Shown here in pieces: positions 45,033 through 53,203 of a stretch of 53,203 nucleotides of DNA. How positions within the stretch are numbered: the first letter of the stretch is position 1; every line of letters starts with the position of its first letter. The position numbers and the translations under genes are program-made. This stretch comes from a virus (lineage: Duplodnaviria > Caudoviricetes). Location: positions 1 through 53,203 of IMG/VR virus record IMGVR_UViG_3300040733_000015; one strand, written 5' to 3'. The notes below the pieces were generated by a model. That model did no database searches. It was not told the DNA's origin and saw only the letters and a program-made list of their open reading frames with translations.

Positions 45033-45481
45033 AGCGCCTTTACCGCTGGATACCCATACAGCTGCATTGCAAACTTATTGAGTGCAGATTCCTTTAGATC
45101 ATAAACACTCTGCTTGGAGCTATACATAAGCTCTTTTGCTATGTCGTCTTTGTATGTCCCCTCTATATACCATGCCCTCAGTATATAGCCATAGTTCTTA
45201 CACTTATCATCTTTGGATATATTAACAAGTATCTCGTCTATTTCTTCCAGAGCCGCCTTCGTCAGGTCCCGGCAGTCCGACAGTTCTTTTATCTCGCAGA
45301 TCAAGTTAAGGGTTTCTTGTTCCGCTGCCCCCGCGCCCATTTCCTCCAGGCTAATAGCTTTGAGAGTGCGCGGGCTGGTCTGTGCAACCAGCCGCGCTAT
45401 TCTCTTTTCCAAATTGGGCAGTGCCGCTTGCATATCCCGGTAATGACGCAGGACCTTTTCAGCCTCAGTAAAAAAGTTCAA
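45029..45481 (-). CDS. ArpU/RinA-like late transcription activator
   Basis: C-terminal HTH IAKELMYSSKQSVYDLKESALNKFA; position before late operon. Confidence 0.7.
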   Translation of the reverse strand: MNFFTEAEKVLRHYRDMQAALPNLEKRIARLVAQTSPRTLKAISLEEMGAGAAEQETLNLICEIKELSDCRDLTKAALEEIDEILVNISKDDKCKNYGYILRAWYIEGTYKDDIAKELMYSSKQSVYDLKESALNKFAMQLYGYPAVKAL

Positions 45482-46069
45482 GCCAACCGCCCCCTTAGAA
45501 ATTATGCTTTAAGCAATCCCCGCCCGTTTGTTTTGGTGACTCAAGGTATTTCAGCCAGCAGACATAGCAATCGTTCCCGTCTTTTTCTAGCTGGTGTTCG
45601 CAATCAGGTTCGTCTTCGTCCAACTTGCATTTGTTGTCATCAAATGCCAACTTTAACGCTATACGCTCCCTCTCATCCCGCCTGATCTTTTCCTCCCTGG
45701 TCTGCTCAATGGTATGGGCCCGTACCATACTAGCACAGCTCGGGCAAAGGCTGTCAAGCGCTTCATCGCCGCAATGTTGACATTTCAACTTGCCAACACC
45801 CTCCTTCTCCCCTTGAGTATCTCTAAGATCCCCCCCGCAGGACAATGACCTGGTGCCGATAATAAATACTGCCATTAATAGGGTTGTCCTCAAGATCCAT
45901 ATATCTGCACATATTAGGCGTTTGCCCCTCATGGTCCCTCACGTTAATATGGCAGATGGGATTTCTCCATATTTCAGCATCAACCATTTTAATCAGCTTC
46001 GCCTCAGTTTTCGGATCCATGCGATAAGGCTTGCGGGGTTTCTCCTTTTTGGGATTGGGCTGTTCCAGG

Positions 46070-46339
46070 CTATCCTTCTTCTTTTTCTTGGCCGTAGTAA
46101 CCCCTCCCCGCGTTCTTGTCGACAACTGATTTAAGTTGTCTTATTGTCTCCGGATGCCCAAGTATTTGACCACCCAAGACATACACGTCTGGGTCTGCCT
46201 TAGAAGAATACCCATACTTTTTAAGCCACTTCTTGTTTATGCGTTTTCTCTTATGGGTTCTTCTCTGGGTTTTTATAACCATGGCAGTGCTTTCAATTAC
46301 CCGCATCCCATATGCAAAACCAGCCTGTGCAAGATTCAT
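46070..46339 (-). CDS. Hypothetical protein
   Basis: HKRKRINKKWLKKYG motif typical of small phage proteins. Confidence 0.55.
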   Translation of the reverse strand: MNLAQAGFAYGMRVIESTAMVIKTQRRTHKRKRINKKWLKKYGYSSKADPDVYVLGGQILGHPETIRQLKSVVDKNAGRGYYGQEKEEG

Positions 46340-46554
46340 CGCTTAGACCTCCAGTCATTTTTCAAGGCGATGTAGCCCTGGACGTTCTCCACTTCGTCAA
46401 GCCTTGTCTGTAACTGGTTAACCTGCTCCTGTAACGCCTGGATCTGCGGGTCCGGCAGTGCTGGTTTCTCCGGCATCCTCTGCATCCCCACCGCAAACGC
46501 CGCAAAGAAGGCGCCGAAGGTTAAAACGATCAGAATGTCTTTGAGTCTGGGCAA
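46336..46554 (-). CDS. Small membrane/coiled-coil protein
   Basis: N-terminal TM helix then coiled coil. Confidence 0.55.
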   Translation of the reverse strand: MPRLKDILIVLTFGAFFAAFAVGMQRMPEKPALPDPQIQALQEQVNQLQTRLDEVENVQGYIALKNDWRSKR

Positions 46555-46726
46555 TTACCCCTAACCCTCTTTATTAAACATTTTGAGCCACCGGCAGGGA
46601 TTGCCTTTATGCCGGCGCTTTCGCCGCGGTGTCTTATTTAGGCAATCCCGCGCCTTTATCTGGTTCTTGCTCAGCCGGATACCGTGCTTACTACACTTGG
46701 CTACCGGGTTGTCGGATAGAAGAAAG

Positions 46727-46984
46727 CTACGCTTCCAGCGCATGGTGATAGATTGCCTCTGCGTGAGCTTTGCAGAGCCTTACGCCGTGAGCCTCGACAA
46801 CATCTAGTTCCGTGCATCCGTCAGCCTGGCAGCCTGGTTGATAAAGTTTCAGAATGATGCTGTCGCCCTCCGTAAATACCTCCAGGGCGTCCCCGTGGTC
46901 TATATTAAAAATGGTACGCAGTTCCTTCGGTAAAACTACCCGCCCCAGCTCGTCAATGCGTCTTACTATGCCTGTTGCTTTCAT
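46727..46984 (-). CDS. abrB: AbrB/SpoVT-family transition-state regulator
   Basis: MKATGIVRRIDELGRVVLPKELR..DALEVFTEGDSIILK.YQPGC. Confidence 0.92.
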   Translation of the reverse strand: MKATGIVRRIDELGRVVLPKELRTIFNIDHGDALEVFTEGDSIILKLYQPGCQADGCTELDVVEAHGVRLCKAHAEAIYHHALEA

Positions 46985-47042
46985 GTGTTTACCCTCCCCT
47001 TAATTTTGGATTGCCCCGCCCGTTAAGACGGGGCCATGTATG

Positions 47043-47342
47043 CTATGGTAGTATTTTCAGTTCACCGACATACTCACTGAGGCGGTCGATAATTCCCTCC
47101 ATGCCCTCGTTGCAAACATTGATCCTTGAACAAATTTCACCCAATTGCTGTTGGATGGTAACTATCGGAGCAGGTTGCGGCAAATCCCTGCCTTCAACCT
47201 TGGCGTTGTTGGCTTCAAGCCTTGCCTTTAGCACCCCAAGCCTTTCTTCGTACCTTCTGGTTGCAGATAAAAGAGCCTCACATACCGAATCATACGGAGC
47301 CTGTTGTCTTGCTATTGCCTGTTGGCCTTGACCACCTAACAT
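47043..47342 (-). CDS. Hypothetical helical protein
   Basis: RBS aggggagg; operon context. Confidence 0.55.
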   Translation of the reverse strand: MLGGQGQQAIARQQAPYDSVCEALLSATRRYEERLGVLKARLEANNAKVEGRDLPQPAPIVTIQQQLGEICSRINVCNEGMEGIIDRLSEYVGELKILP

Positions 47343-47544
47343 AATTTAAGCCTCCCCTAAAAAATTTACCCGCCGCCCGACAAAGACGGCGGGCTACACA
47401 CTTTTTCAGTGACTACTGTTTGGACTAAGGGCACTCCGTAAGATCAACGGAGGCGATTTCCCTTTGTCCGATCCAGTTAATGCTTTATAGAACCACCTGC
47501 CTTTCAAACCTGTATAACAGGAACGCCGGCAAGGGCAGTTATTT

Positions 47545-48279
47545 TTACTTCAACCCCTGGCCATCAAGAATGAGGTATCCTCCCAGTGCTTTCTTTAGCC
47601 TGTCGATCTCGAAGTCAACGGCTTCCTGCCAGTACCGGTCAAACTTCGGTATGGTTAAGAGGAACAACGGTTTTTCTCCTTCGTTGCGCGGTGCGCGAAA
47701 CTCCAGTTCGACTTCCATGGTTACAATGTTGTCGCTGCCGAAAACCAAAGGCATCTGAATAATAAGAACCTTGGGAATCTTGGTGGAGGTCTCAGTCTCC
47801 TTGATCTTGAAGCTCACCGTGACGTTGTTACTGTCAACCGGTTCGTACTCTCCTGTAATGACTGTGGCAAGGTTCATTTTCTGCACGGAGGCAAGCAGAA
47901 GATCAATTTCTTCGACCTGATCATCCGGACGGCGCTTTAAGAAGTCGATGAAAGACTTCTGCTGGATGGCCTTGCTTAAAACAAGGGCCCACTCGTCAAG
48001 CTCTATTGATTTTTTATAGCTGTATTTCGCGGTATCTTTGGGCCTATTTATTACCGCGTCGTCAAGAATAACCTGTACGCCGCCATCGTCAACAAAGATA
48101 ACGGTGCTTAAGTTGTTGCCCTTCCACCTGATTAATTCAATGACACTGCCGATGCTTTCAAGGGTATAGTTGTAGCCACGGTATTGATACGGCTCTGGCA
48201 ACCCACCCTGTCTAAGGTGGATTTCGCTGGGTGCTCCCGGATTTGCGTAAACTTCAAATTTTACTTCTGGTTCTTTCAT
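47545..48279 (-). CDS. DUF2303/YfdQ-like protein
   Basis: Q.SFIDFL, IP..L.I..P.VFG, VELEFR pattern; paired with upstream ~100-aa gene. Confidence 0.55.
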   Translation of the reverse strand: MKEPEVKFEVYANPGAPSEIHLRQGGLPEPYQYRGYNYTLESIGSVIELIRWKGNNLSTVIFVDDGGVQVILDDAVINRPKDTAKYSYKKSIELDEWALVLSKAIQQKSFIDFLKRRPDDQVEEIDLLLASVQKMNLATVITGEYEPVDSNNVTVSFKIKETETSTKIPKVLIIQMPLVFGSDNIVTMEVELEFRAPRNEGEKPLFLLTIPKFDRYWQEAVDFEIDRLKKALGGYLILDGQGLK

Positions 48280-48282
48280 GGT

Positions 48283-48603
48283 TTACTTGGCCTCCTTCTG
48301 GAACAAAGATATTACTTCCGGTTTTTGCACCGGCTTGTCCGTTAATAGAGTGTTGTCTTTGCCGATCACACACAGGGACGCTTTACTCCGGGCCGGGAAA
48401 TTAGGCTTGATACTGAAAGACAATCCAAACATAATCTCACTGTCCTTCATTTTCTCAATCCCTACAGTGATTGCCAGGCTAGCCTTGTCGCCCTGCTTCA
48501 TAGCGGAAACAAGCTGGGGATACAGTTCCTTAAACGCTTCGTCCAGTGCTCCCCCGCATACTGTTGTTAGGCTTACTTGGGTATCCATGTCTCCCATTGT
48601 CAT
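48283..48603 (-). CDS. YfdP-like partner protein
   Basis: GGALDEAF..KASLAITVGI..KDNTL; coupled to the DUF2303-like gene. Confidence 0.5.
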   Translation of the reverse strand: MTMGDMDTQVSLTTVCGGALDEAFKELYPQLVSAMKQGDKASLAITVGIEKMKDSEIMFGLSFSIKPNFPARSKASLCVIGKDNTLLTDKPVQKPEVISLFQKEAK

Positions 48604-48658
48604 AATAGTTACCTCCCTCGTTTATTGGTTGACTAATTCAGATTCTCACCTGCCTTTC

Positions 48659-48695
48659 AAAAATAAAGGACACCGCCTTTTAAGGCAGTGCCCTT
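48659..48695 (-). terminator. Intrinsic terminator within early operon
   Basis: aagggcactgcc/ggcggtgtcctt hairpin then tattttt. Confidence 0.65.
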
Positions 48696-48882
48696 ACACA
48701 CCAGGGTCACGGGTCACGGACTTGTTTTCAGTCCCTTTCACAATATCAGCTTTTGGGGAATCTCCTTTTAGGCGCTATGATTATCACCCCCTGGCCTTAT
48801 CTCAGCCCCGCACTCAGGGCACCACCAGGTCCCTTCGTGGTCTGCGCTATACAATATCTCGCCGCAGACTGGGCATTTTCTC

Positions 48883-49167
48883 TCAACCAACCTCAACACC
48901 CCCTACCGCGCAGCGTAAGCAGGGCATACCCCTTACTCCATGGTGTAATCTGTTGCAGCTTGGGCAGCTTGGGCACCTTGCCCGACTGTGGCTAAGTCTC
49001 TGTTTGTCAACATTCAGGCGCTTTGATACGCCCAGCCTGGAGGCCTTACCGCACACGGTACGATACGGCTTACCTAAAGCCTCGGCGGTTGCCCGGGGAC
49101 CAATCTTATAATAGTTTTGGCGGATAAATTCTTCTTCCTTTGGTGTCCAAATTATAGAGTTACTCAT
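48883..49167 (-). CDS. Small HTH (Myb-like) plus Zn-ribbon protein
   Basis: WTPKEEEFIRQNY..AEALGKPYRTVCGKASRLGV; CPSC..CLRC. Confidence 0.6.
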   Translation of the reverse strand: MSNSIIWTPKEEEFIRQNYYKIGPRATAEALGKPYRTVCGKASRLGVSKRLNVDKQRLSHSRARCPSCPSCNRLHHGVRGMPCLRCAVGGVEVG

Positions 49168-50086
49168 GTTGCACCTCCGGGAACTGGCTCCACTCCTGCC
49201 CATCCAGCAGGCGGCCCGCGGCTTTTTTGCCGACCTTGAAAGAAACGTCATTAGCTTTTATCGTCCATGTATAGCGCAAAAAACTGTCAGCACAATCTGG
49301 ATCTAAGTCGGAGCCGGCTATTTGCGAACTATGTAGCCATTCTCCCCACTGCTTAAAAAAGAACGGCACTCCCGCAGCTACACACTGATCGCGTAACCCT
49401 CTCACCCAATCCGGGTGCATCGGCCTGGCGCCTGGGCCTGATTCGCCGCCACAGATAACCCAGTCAATCCCCTTTTCTACCGGTCGACTGTAATCATCCA
49501 ACTGCCCCATGAGCGCAGCTTGAATTATCTCTTTTTCATCTGCGGCCTTCTTTCTCATAACGAGAGGCCCTAAAGCTGGCTCATACGAAATAAACCTTAC
49601 CGCCGCTGGAATCTGGCGGAGATACTGCACTCTCTGGTCATATAAATCCTGGTTTTCTGCGGTTACACCAAGCCATACGTGATTCCAAAAGCCTTTCGCT
49701 GCCCCAAATCTTTCTAGTCGATATATCCGTCCCAATACTTCTTCCATTCTCTCGGGGCGCTTAGTTAAAACTAAAAAGACATGTTGTGGACAGGCTTTCA
49801 TCCCATCCCAAATTTGATGTATAAATTCAAACGGCACTTCTTCATGGAATAGATCGCCCATACTGCAAACAAATATCCGCTTCGGCTTCTTCCACTTCAT
49901 GGGCTCGTCAAGTTTATCAGGATGCAGTGTAACCGCAAAGGGATTGTCCTTCGGGTATCCACATCGCCCCGCCAGACGCTTACTCATGCGCTCTGCATAG
50001 CAGTTCTTGCAGCCTAGGCTTATCTTGGTGCAGCCTGTGACCGGGTTCCAAACCTTCTCGGCCCATTCTATTTTTGTATCAGCCAT
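49160..50086 (-). CDS. DUF5131 (Gp37/Gp68) family protein
   Basis: TKIEW..WNPVTGCTKISLGCKNCYA, IFVCSMGDLFH, LTKRP, WVICGGESG, FFFKQWG. Confidence 0.93.
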   Translation of the reverse strand: MADTKIEWAEKVWNPVTGCTKISLGCKNCYAERMSKRLAGRCGYPKDNPFAVTLHPDKLDEPMKWKKPKRIFVCSMGDLFHEEVPFEFIHQIWDGMKACPQHVFLVLTKRPERMEEVLGRIYRLERFGAAKGFWNHVWLGVTAENQDLYDQRVQYLRQIPAAVRFISYEPALGPLVMRKKAADEKEIIQAALMGQLDDYSRPVEKGIDWVICGGESGPGARPMHPDWVRGLRDQCVAAGVPFFFKQWGEWLHSSQIAGSDLDPDCADSFLRYTWTIKANDVSFKVGKKAAGRLLDGQEWSQFPEVQHE

Positions 50087-50092
50087 CGCCCT

Positions 50093-50353
50093 TCACCCCT
50101 TCCTTGTAACCCGCGACTGTTTACAAAACTCCCCAAAAGGTAGATCGTAAGCGTCATGGAAATTAAGCCAAGCCTCATATCTTGCCGCACCGTGACTATC
50201 GGCCTTTACCGGCAGTTCAAAGTCCCATATTTTTACCGTGTACCACTTCATGGGGTTTCTGCCGTAATACCCTTGGAACGGAATATGCCTTGTTGCTGGT
50301 TGCGTCACTTGCCCTTCACCCCTTCCAGATGATACCTCTCCCCAAATACTCAA
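50093..50353 (-). CDS. Hypothetical protein (start uncertain)
   Basis: Fills gap in operon. Confidence 0.4.
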   Translation of the reverse strand: MSIWGEVSSGRGEGQVTQPATRHIPFQGYYGRNPMKWYTVKIWDFELPVKADSHGAARYEAWLNFHDAYDLPFGEFCKQSRVTRKG

Positions 50354-50693
50354 CGTCCTCCACGCACCTTGCCACGATGTACTCTCCCCCGTGGGCTTCG
50401 ATGTCTGCCTGGAATGTTATCTGATCTTCCGACTGGCTGCCGGCCGGGGTCTTAATCTCGATCCAGACGCTGCGGCCGGCACGAAGTGCGTACAAGTCAG
50501 CGATCCCCTTGTAGGAGCCCAAGCTCTGGTGGTTCTTGAAAACGAAGAAACCTGACCACTGGAGGAAGTCCTTGATCTGCTTCTGAATATCGGATTCTTT
50601 CAGGCCTGGTACCGCAGGCGGCTTACCTGTCTGTCGCTGCGGCGATGATGATATATTGAGTTGCCGGGCCTGCCTCTCGGTTATATGGGTCAT
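50316..50693 (-). CDS. VRR-NUC domain nuclease
   Basis: ESDIQ, GIADL, WIEIKTPAGSQSEDQ. Confidence 0.88.
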   Translation of the reverse strand: MTHITERQARQLNISSSPQRQTGKPPAVPGLKESDIQKQIKDFLQWSGFFVFKNHQSLGSYKGIADLYALRAGRSVWIEIKTPAGSQSEDQITFQADIEAHGGEYIVARCVEDVEYLGRGIIWKG

Positions 50694-50713
50694 TGGACCT
50701 CCTGCCTCTCAGC

Positions 50714-51607
50714 CTATTTACATAGGCTCCTGATGAACTCTTTTTTCTTGGCCTTATCCGGGTCTTGTGGTCCTTTGATATACAAACTCCTGATGAACTC
50801 TTTCTCCTTCTGGCTATGGCCTTCCGGAACAGGACCACCATTAGAAGAACCTTGGCCACCGCTTATTTGATTCAGGTAACTTTCAAACTTATTGCTGAAT
50901 AGCGTTTCCGGCCTTAGAAACTTTGACATTCTAGGATCGTTAAGCCACTCTTTGGCCTTAATGTCGATAACCTTCTTGAAATCGTCCACGCGGAAGCCTT
51001 CGTTCCACCTGGCCCGGATATGTTCCTGTGTTGCCTTCGTAGTGGACTTATAGCTTGTCCCGCAGACATGGTTTAGGTAATCAATAATTTGGCCGTACTC
51101 GACTATATCTTTTATATCATTCTTTATTTCTTTATCATTCTTGTTCATAGCACGCCCCTGTCGTGCCCTTCGTAATCCTTTCGTTGACTTTTCGTCTTGC
51201 CCTTCGGTGTGCCCTTCGTAGTTGTTGGGGTCTTGATAATAGCAGTAATTCTCTATGTTTATGGTCATTTTGTGTGTGCCCTTCGTAGTGACTATCATCG
51301 TGCCCTTCATCGTGCCCTCCGCAAGAGCTTCGTCAGGATTTCGTAGCCAGTCAAAAACCTGTCGTATTTCCTTGTAAGAAGGCTTGACGGTCCGGTATCC
51401 TGCTTTGTATGTCATGGCCTCTTGTACCTCTGGAATGGATGCCCTTAACTGCCCTTTTTTAAGCCCGCTGAACTCTTTGTGCTGAGCCCTTAAAAGCATC
51501 CACACCCAGACTTTTAAATACAAAGGCGGCTTACTCATTATTCTGCTTTCGATCAATCTTCTGGATATGAGGATATACCCACCGGGTATTTTGGGCTGAT
51601 TATCCAA
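50714..51607 (-). CDS. Phage replication initiator with conserved phage C-terminal domain
   Basis: GGYILISRRL..; IIDYLN..FKKVIDIK..W..FLRPETLFSNKFESYLN. Confidence 0.85.
   Translation of the reverse strand: MDNQPKIPGGYILISRRLIESRIMSKPPLYLKVWVWMLLRAQHKEFSGLKKGQLRASIPEVQEAMTYKAGYRTVKPSYKEIRQVFDWLRNPDEALAEGTMKGTMIVTTKGTHKMTINIENYCYYQDPNNYEGHTEGQDEKSTKGLRRARQGRAMNKNDKEIKNDIKDIVEYGQIIDYLNHVCGTSYKSTTKATQEHIRARWNEGFRVDDFKKVIDIKAKEWLNDPRMSKFLRPETLFSNKFESYLNQISGGQGSSNGGPVPEGHSQKEKEFIRSLYIKGPQDPDKAKKKEFIRSLCK
51163..51321. repeat. Iteron-like repeats, probable replication origin
   Basis: Six copies of (G)TGCCCTYC(G/A) at 51163, 51198, 51209, 51276, 51300, 51312 inside the initiator gene. Confidence 0.7.
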
Positions 51608-51647
51608 AGCACCACCGCCTATTTATAGCCGTTGAAACCAACTAATT

Positions 51648-53203
51648 CTAAACCATCATTCCTTGATTTAATGTTGCCACTTCACCACATATCTCCGGCA
51701 GATTCGCCAGCGTCAGCGCCTTTGCAAGATCCGGCGCCACTGAGTTCCCGCACTTGGCTACTTGAGTAGCCTTTGAAAAGCGGTTCCCCTTGTAATCCCT
51801 GTCGATGATGTAGTCAGCCGGGAATCCCTGCGCGGCAAATAACTCATGCGGCTCCAGCATCCTCATGCCGATGTCAACGACCTGATAATCCTGCCCCTGG
51901 ACAGTAACCAACCCGAACCGGTGCTTGGTGGTAATGGTCTGCAAGGGATCATTAAGGCTCTGGCCTATGTTTGTGCCGTAATATTTCAGCAGGAAGGCCC
52001 GTACTTCGCCGATATGCAGGCCTCCGGCAGTTACCGTAGGCATCGGCTCGGTTACTGCTTGTCCGTGTTGGCAGGTCCCGCGCAGCTTGATCAGATTACT
52101 GGTAACCAAGGCATACCGGTTAGAGGTATCCAGGGTGTAGATTGGCCCGGTAAGCTCCTGGCCTCTAACCTCTGCCTTTGTGGTTTCGGTGTGGTATTGA
52201 GCCAAAAATGCGGTCACCAACGCTCTATGGTTCTCTGTTATGACTGTGCGGAGAGGCGTATCTACTGGAGTTGGTTTACCCATGTAGGAAGGGCCACCAG
52301 CCCCAACTAATACTGGTGATATCAATGCTACATCAGCTTTTGTAGTGATGGTTGCCATAGCTTCGTCACTGGAGCGCGGACGGCTCTGTCCAGCTCGTCC
52401 GCCAACACCAGCAAGAAACGGAGTCACAAGCCCCCAACCGTTAGTTGCTGTAATTGTCTGCATAGGTTCGTCTAATTTTTGACCCCGAAACTGCTCATAC
52501 TTATGATTAACTTTGATAATAAATGGACGCGGGTTCTCTAATACGAACCGCTGAATCCCACGGGCAATACGCCGCATGGTGTTCTCAGCCAATGGCCGCT
52601 TACGCTCGAATATGGATGGGCACGGCAAAGACCAGTCAATGATCTCTGCTGCAGTCCTCCATGGGAGCAATTTGCCAGACTTAACTGCATCACTTTTTGG
52701 GTCGCCATGCGTTGGTTTAGGCCAAACGATTGGACGGCCGTCACACCGGGCAACCAGGAATAGCCGTTTACGTATAGTTGGAGCTCCGTAGTCACAAGCC
52801 CGCAGCTCACGGTAATCGTATTGATATCTCTGTCTTTTTAGGGCGTTGAGAAAAGCCTGGAAGGTGCGGCCCTTCTGTTTGGGGTCCGGTCTACCGTCTT
52901 TTAGGAGGGGTCCCCAGGTCTTGAACTCTTCCACGTTTTCCAGGATAATTACCCTTGGCCTTACCGTGGCGGCCCATCTGACAGCTACCCATGCCAGACC
53001 ACGGATCTGTTTCTCAACTGGGCGGCCACCTTTGGCCTTGGAAAAATGTTTACAATCTGGACTGAGCCATACCAAAGCTACCGGTCTGCCTGCCGCCGCT
53101 TTCCTGGGGTCTACGTCCCAGACATTCTCGCAAAAGTGCTCCGTGTCAGGGTGGTTGGTCATGTGCATGGCTATGGCCACCGGATCATGGTTGATCGCGA
53201 TAT
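51648..53203 (-). CDS. DNA cytosine-5 methyltransferase, 5' end outside window
   Basis: SPDCKHFS, LENV, RKRLF, RML.PHE..AQGFP, GNSV; frame open to the window edge (IAINHDPVAIAMH). Confidence 0.92.
   Translation of the reverse strand, partial: IAINHDPVAIAMHMTNHPDTEHFCENVWDVDPRKAAAGRPVALVWLSPDCKHFSKAKGGRPVEKQIRGLAWVAVRWAATVRPRVIILENVEEFKTWGPLLKDGRPDPKQKGRTFQAFLNALKRQRYQYDYRELRACDYGAPTIRKRLFLVARCDGRPIVWPKPTHGDPKSDAVKSGKLLPWRTAAEIIDWSLPCPSIFERKRPLAENTMRRIARGIQRFVLENPRPFIIKVNHKYEQFRGQKLDEPMQTITATNGWGLVTPFLAGVGGRAGQSRPRSSDEAMATITTKADVALISPVLVGAGGPSYMGKPTPVDTPLRTVITENHRALVTAFLAQYHTETTKAEVRGQELTGPIYTLDTSNRYALVTSNLIKLRGTCQHGQAVTEPMPTVTAGGLHIGEVRAFLLKYYGTNIGQSLNDPLQTITTKHRFGLVTVQGQDYQVVDIGMRMLEPHELFAAQGFPADYIIDRDYKGNRFSKATQVAKCGNSVAPDLAKALTLANLPEICGEVATLNQGMMV

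Larger units (their letters stand above)
1..53203. mobile_element. Temperate podovirus-like phage genome (partial, circularly permuted, unintegrated attP state)
   Basis: Integrase, repressor switch, lysis, capsid, portal, terminase and replication modules; no host housekeeping genes; attP internal to the window. Confidence 0.93.

Noticed and set aside
47400-47510. Short minus-strand ORF MKGRWFYKALTG...
   Set aside because: No RBS before its start; region better explained as a structured spacer
1-53203. Genome-wide TAG reassignment
   Set aside because: Many clear genes end in TAG followed by terminators or the next RBS; only one internal TAG noticed

Overview
The window holds most of the genome of a temperate, podovirus-like phage of a spore-forming Firmicute. 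The host assignment is inferred from SLH domains, an AbrB homologue, TGTCGAA boxes and moderate GC; a Peptococcaceae/Clostridia-type host is a guess. The phage appears to be in its excised or circular state: an intact attP (3' part of tRNA-Thr GGU flanked by arm repeats) lies between the tyrosine integrase and the lysis genes. Both window ends cut genes of the leftward early operon. Left to right: early genes, xis/cro/cI switch, integrase, attP, a methyltransferase moron, a multi-hydrolase lysis cassette, a 3790-aa polyvalent DarB-like protein, ejection, tail and head genes (P22-like, no tape measure), a ~3.4-kb accessory insert between portal and terminase, terminases, late activator, and replication/modification genes. 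Most notable: (1) the giant protein with two methyltransferase domains and a strawberry-notch helicase; (2) a candidate -1 frameshift fusing an M15 peptidase to a virion protein; (3) an SLH-anchored serine protease in the lysis cassette; (4) a promoter-aligned three-way-junction RNA and an OOP-like antisense RNA; (5) an outward promoter in attP; (6) a candidate anti-defence sponge cluster; (7) an amber-interrupted gene; (8) Spo0A-box/AbrB links to sporulation. All family calls come from motif recognition by eye; no searches were run.
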